Below the pieces are notes generated by a model. It did not search any database. It saw nothing but the letters and a program-made list of their open reading frames with translations, and was not told the DNA's origin. From Octopus vulgaris (Eukaryota), in assembly GCA_951406725.2 (NCBI GenBank), contig OX597816.1, positions 1,116,001-1,180,000 on the forward strand: a stretch of 64,000 bases of DNA. Reading direction: 5' to 3'. The translations under genes and the position numbers were made by a program. Shown piece after piece: positions 31,851 through 45,708 of this stretch. Every line of letters begins with the position of its first letter. Position 1 is the stretch's first letter.

Positions 31851-32097
31851 CAAAAGGGTTCTGAGCACTTGAAAAACTGCTGAAAAAGTATGGATACCTA
31901 AGGATACAGATAGTAACCGACTACCCACAAAAATCCTACCAGGAATAAGGCCAAACCTGACATTTGTTTCTATGCTACTACTACTACTACTATTACTACT
32001 ACCACCACCACCACCACCACCACCACCACCATCACCACTATCACCACTACTACTGCTACTACTACTACTGCTACTACTACTACTGCTGATGCTGCTG

Positions 32098-32139
<42 letters not shown>

Positions 32140-32158
32140 ATAATAATAATAATAATGC

Positions 32159-32511
32159 ATGATTATCGACATAGCATGTCCCGGCGACAACAGGATCAAT
32201 GTGAAAGAAGAAGAAAAAATAAACAACTACGACGATTTAAAAGTGGAAAATATGAAAGTTGTGGTCAATGAGGAGAAGGGACATGATAGCAATAGTAATT
32301 GGATCACTTTGAAGTATCGGCACTCAACATGGTTCAAAAAGATCGGTGCAAGTGTGAAGGTAGAACACCTACAAAAATCAGCATTGCTTGGAACTGCAAG
32401 AATTCTTCGCAGGGTTCTTGAAGCATGACCAGTAAACAAGTGTCACCTTAGTCTGCTGGCTGTGGACAGCTGATACTTTCCATCATACCCAGCAAAATAA
32501 GCTGAATTTTC
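32159..32511 (+). mobile_element. R4/Dong-like LINE 3' end
   Basis: IIDIACPGDNR...HLQKSALLGTARILRRVLEA; (AAT)n on both sides. Confidence 0.85.
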
Positions 32512-32530
32512 ATAATAATAATAATAATAA

Positions 32531-33118
32531 GAGCACTCAGAGAGCGCAAACTTCTGCCAAGGCAACACCAATGTCCTCTCAACGACTAGCCAGAGATGAT
32601 TTTTAAAATGAGAATATCTGAAATAAACTCGACTGCTCTCACAAACGAGAATACTAAGAATGAATCCAACCGCTCTCAAAAATTAAGTAAAAAAAAAACG
32701 GAAAAATAATCCAGAATCCTTGTCCGGTATCTGATCGATCCCATTGGTAGTCAAGGAATGTGAAAGTGGCTGTAGAAAATTCAGTAACAGTAGTAAATAG
32801 TTTATCCTTATTTAATACGAGCCAAAGTTAACAAATTCACCATTCAAAATAGTCACAGCCTAAAGGGAAATAATTGAGAAAGACTTGAAAGTTAACGTAA
32901 GATCGTAATTATGTAAAGTAAATTTAACAAATAATCCAGAATCCTTGTCCGGTACCGGATCGATACCAAAATCTAATCAGTTCGTGCCAGTCACGAGGCC
33001 AAGCATCCTGAAAGTTTCATCTGAATCCATCCAGTGGTTCTTGAGATATCTCGTCTACGGACAAAAGAAAACAAACGCGACTGATAACGATACCTCCGCC
33101 ATTGCCAAGGCAGAGGTA
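32531..33118. mobile_element. Possible Helentron-associated (DINE/HINE-like) element
   Basis: 5' subterminal acttctgcc and 3' hairpin acctccgcc-attgccaa-ggcagaggt; aataatccagaatccttgtccggta duplicated at ~32706 and ~32930; sits between (AAT)n tracts. Confidence 0.35.
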
Positions 33119-33127
33119 TTAATAATG

Positions 33128-33195
<68 letters not shown>

Positions 33196-33380
33196 TCTTT
33201 TTAATTTTGGCACAAAGTCAATAATTTTGTACTTGACTGTAGTACTTTGTATTACCGATCCAGAAAGGATGAAAGGCAAAATGGACATAGGTGGAATTTG
33301 TTCACCAAACATAAAGCCCGAAGAAATGCCGCTAAGCATTTAATCTGGCCGAGCTAAAGTTTCTGCCAGCTGACCGCCTT
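33196..33380 (-). mobile_element. SINE family A, degraded
   Basis: ttttggcacaa ... aaaggatgaaaggcaaa ... ttctgccagctgaccgcc. Confidence 0.75.
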
Positions 33381-33929
33381 TCTTAAATGATGGAAACTGA
33401 CCTTAGTGAGATTTGAACTCAGAAAGCAGACAGCTGGAGCGATTACTTCAATCGGCTCGGTCCACTATGCCAATTGGCTTTCAATAATAATGATGATGAT
33501 GATGACGGTGATGATGAATAGAGAATACACGAGAAGAATCTGATAACAATTTTACTATGGATGAGACACGAATGGAAAGAAGGAAACGTAAACCCGGAAT
33601 AGAACTCGGAGTTATTCAGTAAAACTGGCTGAAAGTTGTTCGCTGGCAGTGTTCTGTCTTTAGTCTTCATAACAACTATTTACGTTTTATCCTCGGCTTC
33701 ACTCGGACATTGCACTGCGACCATGCTGGAGTTCTGAAGGGCTTTAAGTCGAACAAATCGCCTCCAACTTACATTTTTCTACGTCTTATATTCGATCGGT
33801 CTCTTTTGCCGGATCGCTAATTTACAGAGACATAAACAAACTAACACCGGTTGTCAAACGGTTGGGTGGGTTAGCAAACTCAGACACAACACACACATAC
33901 ACGATGGGCTTCCACACAATTTCCGTCTA

Positions 33930-33971
<42 letters not shown>

Positions 33972-34220
33972 AAACACACGACTATACAACTGATAATGTC
34001 TAAATCCCAAGGAAAAGTTGCATTTCTGAGTTAGAAAGCCGACCTTAGTCCATTATTGAGGAATATATAAACTAAAACCGATCAGAAATTCAAAGGAAAA
34101 AGTGTTTACATTTACTAAATTGATCAGATGCTTTTTAGTGGGAAGTTCGTTTACTTCTGGGAATATGATTATGTATGTATGTATGTATGTATGTATCTAT
34201 CTATCTATCTATATTTATAT

Positions 34221-34271
<51 letters not shown>

Positions 34272-34289
34272 TATATATATATATATATA

Positions 34290-34420
34290 GTTCAAATTTA
34301 TAGAAAAACAAAAGATGAAGACAGGTGTAGGAACAAGCAAGTGTATTAGTTTGACGCTCGGGAAAAATGGAAACGTCTCTTACGTTTCGAGCCAACGCTC
34401 TTCTACAGAAAGGAAGAGGA
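34290..34420 (-). mobile_element. Penelope-like pLTR end with hammerhead-like motif
   Basis: Homologous to 21395-21601 and 55600-55745; adjacent to (TA)n. Confidence 0.6.
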
Positions 34421-35035
34421 AGTCTGTATGAATGCTTGCTAATGGTTTGGTTCGTAAGGAAGGGATTTTAAGCAAGTCTGTTTTCAACAGTCACATAAAT
34501 GTTCACAAGTGGATCATCGTATGATAATAATGATAACAACAACAATAATAATAACAACAATAATAATAATGACGAGAGTGTTATCTCATCAGGGATGTCT
34601 TCTCTCGTGCGTATGTACATAATCAGTAAGTGGCATATATATCCACACACACACACGCACACACATACACACACACATATGCATCACTATTAAATCATTA
34701 TTTTTGCTTGCTTGAGTGTATGTAGACGGGTATGCTTCCACACGCACGTGCTTTATAGAAATAGTCATGAATAAATACAACACCGAAAAGTTGTCTCGTT
34801 TAGTGGTGCAACATTAAGGAAGACTCTTCCACTGTTGTCTATATTGAAATACAATCACTCGTTGCGCATGCTCACAGTTACACGTACTTTCAGACAGCAA
34901 ATTGACAGAATTGTTAGAGCCTCGCAATGATCTGAGTTTAAATCCCACCGGAGTCAACTTTGTATTTTTTATTTCCTGGCGGGGTGTTGGTGGAGTTTCA
35001 TTAAACTAAAATATGGGTCAAGGCAGTGAATTGGC

Positions 35036-36030
35036 TTCTTCTTCTACTTAATTCTCTTGATTCCATATGGAGTATAGTGTACCAACAAGAGATCTTCATC
35101 TGTGTCGATCTTTGGCAATGGATTGCACTTGTTTCCAGGTGTAACTGCCTGTCAGTGCTTCAGTTTCTGTGAACTTTCTCCATGTTGATTTGCTCTGCCA
35201 CTCTTCCGTCTTTCATTGGAAAGTATTGCTTTGTAATGTTGGAAACAGGTTTCTGAAGAATGAGTTCCAACCCAACCCATTTCCGCTGTTTCCATAGGCT
35301 GCTGGTTCGCTTTTACTCCATAATTTTTGGTTTGTGAGTCTGTCTTATCATCTCACTTGAAGAATGTTCTACAGACTTCTGTTCACAAACGATTGGAGCT
35401 TGTCGATGGGAAATTTTGTGACTTGTCATGCCTCACACTCGTACCGTATAACCGTCTTCACAATCGTGTTAAAGATACTAGATTTTGTGCTAGCTGATAA
35501 GGTCTGTACATCCTGAAGGCAAACGTAGCTTCCCAAATCCTTGTTTGTATGTCTTGATCTGTCCCACACTCCTCCATATGGACAACAGGTTTGTGAAATG
35601 ACTGACATCTATAATGCTTTTTCTCTTCCCGTAATGGATCTTGAGACCAACCTTTTTGGATGTTACGCCCATTGCTGTTCCAGATTAATGTGGCGTTAGG
35701 AGAGGAGGGCAATGCCATCGGCGAAGTCGATCTCTTCTTGGTGGTCGGAGAAGGACCAATGTATTCCTCTGGATTGTACTTTGGTTGTTTTCTTCTTTTT
35801 TCACCGCCAATTGTCAATCGTCATTAGGAAAAGGAAACAGCAGACATCCCTGAATCACCTCCGTCAAGACTGTGAATGGTTGACTCAAAGCTCCATTATG
35901 TACAACTTGATAGGTTGATCGTTCGTAAATAGTTCTGACCAAAGAAAATATCTCGGTGATACTAAAATGTCAAAGCAGTTGCCACTGTGTCACTCTGTAC
36001 GCATTGTCAAATGCCTTCTCACAATCTGGG
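35036..36030 (-). mobile_element. RTE/BovB-like LINE 3' part (RT and C terminus), degraded
   Basis: Reverse strand DCEKAFD (~36010-36030), KKVGLKIH, IFNTIVKTVIRYECEA, TWKQVQSIAKDRHR; short (GAA) tail. Confidence 0.75.
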
Positions 36031-36039
36031 ACTAAAGCT

Positions 36040-37420
36040 GGTGCCAAGTCCATTTCAGAAAGGAGGAGGGTGATAGGTGTTGGGATAGCAGCCCTGCACT
36101 ATTAATTTTCGGCATTGCTACTGAAATGCCAACAAGAGAACATGAAACTGGACATAAGGTTGGAGAGGTTTTCAGTGACTATGTATGAATCAACGTGGTA
36201 AAAAACCAAAAAGAAGCAATAAAGTGGAACAACCTTCTCTCACCAAGGACAATCACACGGCTTGGATTATGGGACGTCAGGACTACGTTCGAAATTGGAA
36301 AATCAGCCCAGATTGCTGCTGAGGTTAAACTCTACAAGTTCTCAGTGCTAATTCTCTGTGGGACGAGGAGGCTAAAGTCAGGACAGATGCGCTTGGTTAT
36401 AGGGCAAACTCTTCTACTGAGGGTATGAAGAAGACAACACGCCACACAGAGAAGGAGTTGACTTCATACTTCGCAGAGAAGAAGTAGCATCCTTCATAGG
36501 ACGGCCAGCTGTGTCACCCAGCATCCTTGAAGAGTAGTCAGCTGTATCGCCCAGCATCCTTCATAGAATGGTCTGCTGTATCACCCAGCATAATCTCAGC
36601 CACAAGTCAAAACAAGTCAAAGAAGACGGGCATAATACAGTGCTGTGTATCAACCAACGATGCAGACAGCACAGTGTAAACGGAATTTAATGAACTGCAA
36701 TCCACCATTGACTGAATATCTAAGAAAGATTTCATGAGACATTTAAGTGCAAAACTTGGGTCAGACTAACGGTGGCAGGGAAATGGTGATTGGTAGGGAA
36801 GGAAGGGCTGGAATCGACGAGAACAAAGAGCTGCTTGCACACTTCTGCACATTTAACAGCCTAGTGTTTTGGGGCAGCATCATTCTGCACAAGAAAATTC
36901 ACAAAACGACCTGAATATTCTCAGTTCACCGTTCTGAAAACCTAATCGACCATCTCACCGTATGCACCAAGTTTAGAAGGTCCATGCGTGGTATGAGAGC
37001 TTACAGAGGAACAGATGTGAAATCAGACCATCACCTGTAGTCGGGAAATTCCAACTGAAACTACGGCATCGGATTACAACACCCTCCAAACAGGGATACA
37101 GGTACAACACTACCCTGCAACATAATGTCAGATAGACAGTTAATATCATCAACAGATTCCAGACCTTCATCAGTCTCATTAAAAAAGATACATCGGTGGT
37201 GAAGACATGGTTGGAAATGAAGGCAATATGGAAGGATGCCTGTGAAGAAATTTTAGAGAAGAAAACTAAACAACACAAGGATTGGATCTTAAAAGGGATT
37301 CTAAGAAGGTAATCGGCCGCAAAAAAAGTCGAACTCAACAACTGCAAAATAAAACGAAACAAAACAGAGAAACAAGAGAATAAACAGAGGTCAACTAGGC
37401 TGTGAAATAAGTCTATTAAG
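36040..37420 (+). mobile_element. RTE/BovB-like LINE 5' part (UTR and AP endonuclease), degraded
   Basis: TRLGLWDVRTTFEIGKSAQIAAEV, HKKIHKTT, NLIDHL, SDHHL; ~33-bp triplication at 36486-36590. Confidence 0.8.
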
Positions 37421-38239
37421 CAAGCAATGAGTGTGAAGCTGTGGCATGATTTCGTTTTCTAGAATGTTCTTGTACCCTTTTAAAAAGCCGTTTTGGCGCC
37501 TAAACCTTTGGCAGAGATTTGAGAGCTGCCGACTCCTTCACACGACTCATCTCTTGCCAGACAGTGTGTCGAAAGGCTGCTGAGCGATAACAGACAGCTC
37601 CAGATGGCCAAACGTAGTCGGTTAGGACATGTGGCCAAGGACCACTGTTGTCATCAAGATAACAAAGCTGCTTTCAGATATGTTGCCATAACGATAGCTC
37701 TCTTTAATTTCAGAGCAGTATCTCTCTTCCAGTCTGTAATTAGTGCTATTGTTAACTGTAAATGGCCAACTCAGACTGTCTTTATGTGCAACACTAAACA
37801 CTTCAGTTAAACGTTTGTGGCTGGTGTTTAAGTCACTTTTTTTCACGCAGCCAGGAAACATATTTTTATTCAGCAATTCAACCACGGCACAGCAAACAAT
37901 CAGAACCCATCGCGACCGACCAAAGCAGCGAACTGCCCCAGTTGTTATTACTTCGGATTGTATACCTCGCAGTATTTTGTTCTAACACATGGCGCTCTAA
38001 GTTCAAATTTACCTTTCCATTCTCTCGGGAGTCGATAAAAAATGTAAAGAAGAAGGTGCTAAACCAGGGCGGTGGATTGGCTGAACGGTGAAGAACGTCG
38101 GCCAGGATAGCTCACAGTATTTCTGGCTCGTTATTTTCCGAGTTCAAATCGCGTCGTGATATATTTCGGTGGTATATATATATATTTCAGTCCCCTTGTT
38201 TAACACCACTACCTGGCACCTTTAACAGAGTCCATTTTC

Positions 38240-38728
38240 GGATCTCTTCAGTTTCGCTCACAGATATTTTAATCATATTCTTTTAACTAAACAGTTTGAA
38301 ACTTCGTATACTGGTGTAATTTCTCACGCTAAACAGGGTTTACATTCAACATTTTTGAAAAATTTCGTATTTTAGAAGGTATTTCGAGTTAAATTTGTCG
38401 TATTTGGGTAATTTTAACCAATCAACGACGCGTATTCAGCTGCAGAAAGCTACTGCTGTATCGATAGTAATCGAAGAGCAACAATTTCCGGGTCATCTCT
38501 ACTAAATGTCACTACTCTGTTCTATTTTAATTTTGTTTACTGCTTGTGTTGTATATTACGCGCTTTTAAAAAATGTTTGCTTTTCGATCGCCTCATTGTA
38601 CATTTGCATTTTCACCACTCGTACAGAGGCGATCGAAAATTTTTTTTTTAATGTTGAAAGTAAACCGTGTTCAGCGTGAGAAATTACACCAGTATACAAA
38701 ATATCTGTGAGTGAAACTGAAGGGATCC
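38240..38728. mobile_element. Long-TIR MITE with 8-bp TSD (Merlin-like or Mutator-like)
   Basis: TIRs of ~90-130 bp starting GGATC; exact TSD ccattttc at 38232-38239 and 38729-38736. Confidence 0.75.
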
Positions 38729-39205
38729 CCATTTTCTTGCAAGTATTCAGGTCAAGTACCTGGTTTCATGGTACCTTCCTTCCTCAATCCCATTAGTCTC
38801 GAGGGCGCCTGGCAAGAGCCATAAGCAATGCCTTCTCTCCTGACTGGAAAATTTCACAAAAAACATCTCGTGTATAGGTTCAAGCATACACTGTGACACA
38901 AACTCATACATGAACCCCCTCCCCCACCACACACATAATATCTGAGAGACATTACACACTCAGAGGCACTCAATTTAGTAAGTTATTGGATGAGGGGATT
39001 TGTGTTAAAATCTCTTCAGTACTCTCCGGCTTAAAACCGATGATATACGAGCGTCTTTATATTCTTTTTCTTTCCAACAACAAAACACACTAAACTCGCT
39101 GACTGGCTCACTTTTTTTTTATATTCCTTCTTGCACCTGCCGCTTGTAAGCTACGCTTTTGTCCTACACTTCCACTACTGTTCAACCAAACCAGTTTAGC
39201 TAGCT

Positions 39206-39232
39206 ACATACATACATACATACATACATACA

Positions 39233-39264
<32 letters not shown>

Positions 39265-39560
39265 ACAACACACATAATGAATGCATGTAAGTACGTGTAT
39301 ATATGTGTGTATGTGTGTGTATGTATATGTATAATAGTGCATATATGTATGCGTGTGTATGTACCTATATGTGGGTGTTCGTGCGTGTATATATATATAA
39401 ATATACGTATGTATGTATGTATGTATATGTATATGTATATGTACATATCTATGCAAGTATGTATATATATGTATGTATATGATGTATTGATATATGTATG
39501 TAAGTGTGTATATGAGTGTAGATATGTTTATATGAATGCCATCGTACATATATGTGAATG
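39206..39560. repeat. Complex (CATA)/(TATG) microsatellite field
   Basis: Direct observation. Confidence 0.9.
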
Positions 39561-39969
39561 AGTTTTGTAAATAAATATACGTGCCCTCCACCCACACACA
39601 GACACACACTCATATATATATTTATATATATACACACACACACAGAGACGAGCTATTATTATCTAAAAGATTACTCAATCCCAGTGTCTGTATCCCCCCC
39701 TCCCTCTCTTTACGCTATTTCCTTATTATAAATCTCTTCTTCAAACAGTTTCTTCTTCTGCTCCTTTCTCAATCATTTTTGCTTTCCATTCGTTGAAGTC
39801 AGCCGACAGCCAACCGAAGCAACCAGCCAGCCAACCAGCCAGCCAGCCGACCAGTCAGTCACTCCTGGCCATCTTGCTTCCGTCAACCTCAAATTATTTA
39901 TCTCGACCTCTCTTCTTCTCCTTCTCTCTTGAATTAAATTACTTTATTTTCCAGGTTCGTTTTCTTTTT

Positions 39970-40004
<35 letters not shown>

Positions 40005-40182
40005 TATGTATGTATGTATGTATGTATGTATGTATGTATGTATGTATCATTTTCTGTATGCGTGGTAGCTTTATGTTAGACGATAATCCATCTTCCCTAC
40101 ATCTTTTGATAGAAAGTGAAGAAGAAAAATTTGAGTCATCAAAACTTTTAATACAGTATTAATATAAACGTTGTGTGTAGGT

Positions 40183-40243
<61 letters not shown>

Positions 40244-40249
40244 AATCCT

Positions 40250-40945
40250 TTTTTTATGTTCAGTTATAATAAAAACAATTTTACATTAATCTGATGATTT
40301 ATTCTATAGTTTTGTCGAGTACAAATTTATTCTTAAACAAGAATGCTGTTGACAGTGACTTCGAAGTTCCGGCCAGCTTAAGCCATCGTCGGACTGCGGT
40401 GCATTAGAGTTAGTCTTGTCTTTATATAGCCTCAGCTGAGTTGAAGTCATCTTTGGGTGTGTGGGTTTGAGTGGAGTGGTGATTAGGTTTTTATGTTGGT
40501 TCTTATGGGAAGGTGTTTTGGGAAAAATTTTAGTTGCTCCAATTTGGAGTTAGGTTAATGTTTAGAATTTATTCATGCGTGAAGAATTTTGTTAACAAGC
40601 CTGTAAGTGTTTCTCTTTTGCTGAGTAAGCGTGATAGTATTTTTGAGGTTTTTGGTATTATTAGATGTAATCCTTTTGTTTTGGCAATGTAAAGGTCAGT
40701 AGTACAAAGTCTAGTATTGAAGCCCTTAGTAATTGGGTGTGTCAACTTTATTTCACAAAAGAATATAGGTAGGTCGGTAGTATGTTTAAGCTGATCGCTT
40801 CTTGATGTTTTTGTTCTTTAGGGTATTTCTTGTTTTCATTTGTAAGGGTCATCTGTTGGAGTTATTAGTCAGGTATGCCATGGCTTGGTTACTGTAGAAG
40901 TTGCTCCTTTTGTGGTTTGATGTTTACAAAAGTATTTGAGTAAAG
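40250..40945 (-). mobile_element. Old Penelope-like (Naiad-type) 3' remnant with hammerhead motif
   Basis: Reverse strand RLC...LLSKRETL...H resembles the Naiad-type C terminus; hammerhead-like motif at 40353-40396. Confidence 0.45.
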
Positions 40946-40959
40946 GTTGTATGTTTATA

Positions 40960-41915
40960 TCTCGCAGAAATTACAGAACCCCAGCGATGTCGCACACCTG
41001 CAGCAGGAGTTGGACTCAATTCACAGATCGGCTGAGGATAATAATATGCAGTTTAATGCTGAAAAATTCCAAGCCCTGCGCTACCAGCATCCAAAACTGA
41101 ATATGAAACTTACATGGTACACCGGTCCACAGGGAATTTCAATCCCAGAGCCTAAGTCAGTGAGGGACCTGGGTATCGACATGAGTGATGATACCTCTTT
41201 CCAGGTGCACATTACCAGGATGGTGACAAAGTGCAGACGACTGGCTGGATGGATCCTAAGAACATTCAGAACCAGAGATAAGGAAACCATGATGGTCCTC
41301 TGGCGGACATTTGTCCTCAGCCGCCTGGATTACTGCTCACAGCTATGGTCACTCACCAGTGTGAAATTAACAGCGGACCTTGAAGCAATCCAGAGAAGAT
41401 TCACAAAGAAGATCGTTTCTTTGTAACAGCTCAGCTACTGGGAAAGACTGAAACTGCTAAGACTCTACTCCCTGGAGAGAAGACGGGAGAGGTATGCAGT
41501 AATATATATCTGGAAGATCCTGGAAGGAATTGTGCTAAATTTTGGCATTGAAAGCTACACCAATGCCGGAACGGGACGACACTGCATAGTGCCAAAGATC
41601 CCAGCTACGCCATCACGCTTCAGGACCTGTTACTGCAACAGCCTGGGTTTCAAGGGCCAGCAGCTTTTTAATATTCTTCCAAAGAGTCTGAGGAACTTGC
41701 ACAAAGTAGATGTAGCGGTTTTTAAATCAAAGCTGGACCTCTTCCTGTCGAGAGTCCCAGATGAACCTACCTCACGGCGAGAGGTGCAAATGAGGGTAGC
41801 TATATCAAACTCCATTCTTCACCAAGTGTCACATATTAGAGGTGGCTCTTAGTAATAACAGTGTAGCAAAACGGCGGTGCATCAGCATGGCCGCAGCTCT
41901 GAGCTGAAAAATAGA
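40960..41915 (+). mobile_element. CR1/L2-group LINE 3' fragment
   Basis: LQQELDSIHRSAEDNNMQFNAEK, VRDLGI, GWILRTF, SRLDYCSQLWS, YWERLKLLRLYSLERRRERY, LFNILP, FKSKLD. Confidence 0.88.
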
Positions 41916-42793
41916 GAGAGAAAAAAAATATTCTCTAGGTGTTCATTGTTCTATAAGCAAGCACACACATACACACACACACACACACATATCTGTGCAT
42001 CCACCCAACCAGCCATATATAAAAACATACTTACAGACAGAAATACATGTACACATACACATGCATATACACAGGCGCGCACACGCGCACACGTATAGGT
42101 GTCGTCGTTGTCGTCACCATCATCGTCATTTAACGTCCGTTTTTCTATGTCGGCATGGATTGGACAGGAGCTGGCAAACCCGAGAGCTGCACCTGGCTCC
42201 AATTGTCTGTTTTGCCAAGGCCTCTACAGCTGGATGCCTTTCCTAACGCCAACCATTTTACAGAATGAACTAAGATGACGTCATCGAATCGTGTTGGCGT
42301 TCTTACGAAATTTGCACTTGAGACGGTTTTTACAGCGAGAATCTTTCCACACCTGAATGCTCACGAACGAACTAAATATAATTGTACACACCTATATTTC
42401 TAACAATTCTGCTTCATGCGTCGCTAGTTAATGTGTGTGTGTGGTATGTGTGTGAGTAAATGTACATATATATGCATGTGTGTATGTACACACACACGCG
42501 CGCGCGTATGTACGTATAAATTAGCTGAATAGCTTTTCAGGACATAAATGCAATTACTTTCGCCATAACATGTTTTTTTCGGGTAATGTTTCCAAATAAA
42601 TTTTCTGACATTGGTTCTTAAAAAAAAATGATAATATTTTTTAATTCTGTTTGAATAGAAGGTCATGCGTCCTCACTGGCTGCTATAACTGTGTTATTAC
42701 AATCTCTTTGCGTTCAAACATATGTGTGTATGTATGAAAATATGCATGTACTGAATCTATTTAGATGTTCGCATATTTGCATTTATATGTTCA

Positions 42794-43081
42794 CTCGCAG
42801 CTAAGCCCGGTTTCACCCGGTCGGTTTGGATGATGTGGCTGTAAAACCTGTTCTGTGTAAGCATTCAACATGTTTTGGGCACGCTTACGTTAGAAAACAA
42901 TTTTAGAATGATTTTTTCTGTCAAAACACTAACAATAACTGATCAACAAAAAGAAAAAAACAACCAACATTCAACTAAATCAAAAAGTAAACTCAAATAC
43001 AAAGCGAACAAAGATAAACCATCCCACTTCCATTGCGCTCGCAAACGCATACACACACAAACACACACACACACAAACACA

Positions 43082-43140
<59 letters not shown>

Positions 43141-43596
43141 ACACCTCCACTTTTACATACACACACATATATTCACACAGAGTTGAAACGGTGTTTGATT
43201 TATTTTTTCCGCGTACAATTTTCATCATCCCGCTACCAAGTATGACATCACCCTTCTTTCCTTATTCATCTATTACCCCTTCTTTTCTCATTCATTAAAC
43301 ACAAGAGTATTATTATAGATTATCTCGGTAACCATGGAGCTATGAAAAAAATATGGCATCACCCGTTCCTTCCTTATTCATCTATCACCACCTCCTTTCT
43401 CATTCATAAACACAAGAGTATTATTATAGTAGATTATCTTGGTAACCATGGGAGCTGTGAAAAAAAAAACAAAGCCCAGCATCACCACTGGATCATTCTA
43501 CACATCTGTGTAATTTTTCGTGCAATTCCACCCAGCCGTTTGACCATGAATCCCAAGACAAGAAAGAATCGCCCATGTCCAATTTATATGTATAGA
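42794..43596 (-). mobile_element. Non-autonomous Helitron
   Basis: Reverse strand 5' TCtatac..., 3' GC-rich hairpin-like ccgggtgaaaccggg and CGAG (for CTAG), A|T target; internal ~110-bp tandem duplication 43241-43468. Confidence 0.55.
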
Positions 43597-44355
43597 TTTA
43601 TTAAAGGGAAGGGGTCACTCTCACTTTATTACGAATAAATCATACAAAGAGAGTAGCGAAAAAACATCGGAAATGTGTATTCACACAGGATTTGAAAAGG
43701 CTATGTGTGTTTTGTTGATATTTCCTGTTATTTGATATCAAGGTATCGTTATGAGCTTTAAGAAGGTATTTACATAGATGAGGGCATGGAAAAAATAAAT
43801 TCTGTGACCCTATTCAATATGTTTGGTCTGATATTTCGTGGTCAGTAGCTTTTCCAAGATGCATGTTCGCACTTTATCTAAGAGCCACCATTTGATAACA
43901 TGGCGGCTCTTAGTATTTTTCTAATAACTTTGTTAGTTTTGTATTTAAAAGTAACGTAAATCTGACGTCTAACTTCTAATCGATTGTGTAAAACAACTCC
44001 AGGACCGAAAATATATTTGTGAAGTCATCAAATCGAATAAAATTCTTGGTGCATAATAAAATTGTAAACAACAATCAAGTGTATTGTAGGATATTTTTTC
44101 TGTTGATAGTGTGTGTGTGTGTGTGTATGTGTGTGTGTGTGTGCGTGTGTGTATGTGTGTGCGTGTGTGTGTGTGTGTGTGCGTATGTGCGTGTGTGTGT
44201 GTTGTGTATGTGCCATTCTTGTGCTTGTACCTTGAGGCTTCCCAGTTCAACAAGTCATTCGTGTGAATGCTCTTCTGATTACTTCAGGTTTACTAGAGTG
44301 ACTTCTGTCCTCATTACAGAACACTCACGCGCCGTTTTTGATGTGGGACACAGTA

Positions 44356-44413
<58 letters not shown>

Positions 44414-45144
44414 TGTTTTGTCTGGGGAGAGTAATTTTCTTTTTGTGCCTTATAATATAAAACACTCACCGGTAAAATTTCCACTTATTTCTTATTTTTA
44501 TTTTCCTAAAATTTTCGTTACGTCTTGCAACCTTTTCAATAGTCTTGACTCTGTCCGTTATTCACACTGCGTTCCCTTTTGTTTGTTTGTGCGCATGCGT
44601 ATGGGTCAGTGTACGTGCCTATACATGCATGCATGTACGTATGTGTGTTACATTATAAGGCACAAAAAGAAAATGACTCTCCCCAGACACAACAGAATAT
44701 GCTTCAACACACGAACTCATATAAAGAATCTTGCAAACCAAATCCAAAAACGAAATATATATATATATATATATATATATTTATTTATTTATTTATTTAT
44801 TTATTTATATGAGAGTTTGCGCACACGCGCGCGCGTGTTAGTTTGCTTGTTTGTGTGTGTAGATAGAAAGATAGATAGACAGGTACATACATATATACAT
44901 TTACACACACATATATGCATACATACACACGTATACATATATAAATTTATAAATACACCAAATCTGTTACGCCGCTTATCATGAAATTCTATATATAAAC
45001 CAATTTAGATTAATTACTAACAAATGTGAGCCTCGTTTTGGGATTTATAAACATATATATATAAAAGAGAAAAAATAATTTCAATTCAAACTATTTTCAA
45101 AAAACACCTGGTTTCCATCTAATTTATGTTACACACACACACGA

Positions 45145-45145
<1 letters not shown>

Positions 45146-45232
<87 letters not shown>
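45146..45232. repeat. (GCAC)n microsatellite
   Basis: Direct observation. Confidence 0.9.
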
Positions 45233-45659
45233 CACACATTTGTGTCTGTTTAGTTATAAATACATTTCGATGTTACGTTTGTAAATTCTCATTAGTCGTT
45301 TTAGACACAAAATAAAATCTAATGAATTCAACCATTCACGAAAGTTAATTGTAATGCAGGTATTACGATATTTGTTGCGGTTGTTTATCCCCGGGGGATA
45401 GAATGATTTGCCAAAGTTTTCCTGATTCTATGTACTCAGAGTTCAAATACCGCCCAAGTTAGACTTAAAAAGAACACAGCAGGATGGCTTGCCAATAGAA
45501 ACATTTCTAACTCTCAGATTATTTTATTTCTTGAGTTATAAGGAGTCTTTTTCCCGAAATATTGCCGACACATTAAACAAAAAATGTGAGGTAATAGAAT
45601 ATTGTTTTGGCGTATTAGGCTCTTATAATCATCTACATCAATACTTCAAGCGAATTTAT

Positions 45660-45698
<39 letters not shown>

Positions 45699-45708
45699 AT
45701 AATAATAA

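Noticed and set aside
37440-37990. Possible solo LTR (TG...CA followed by tggcg)
   Set aside because: No TSD, no clear promoter or polyA signals, and the PBS-like bases overlap a SINE fragment.
44019-44984. 321-aa ORF
   Set aside because: Strung together from (TG)n, (TA)n and repeat fragments; no domain motif.
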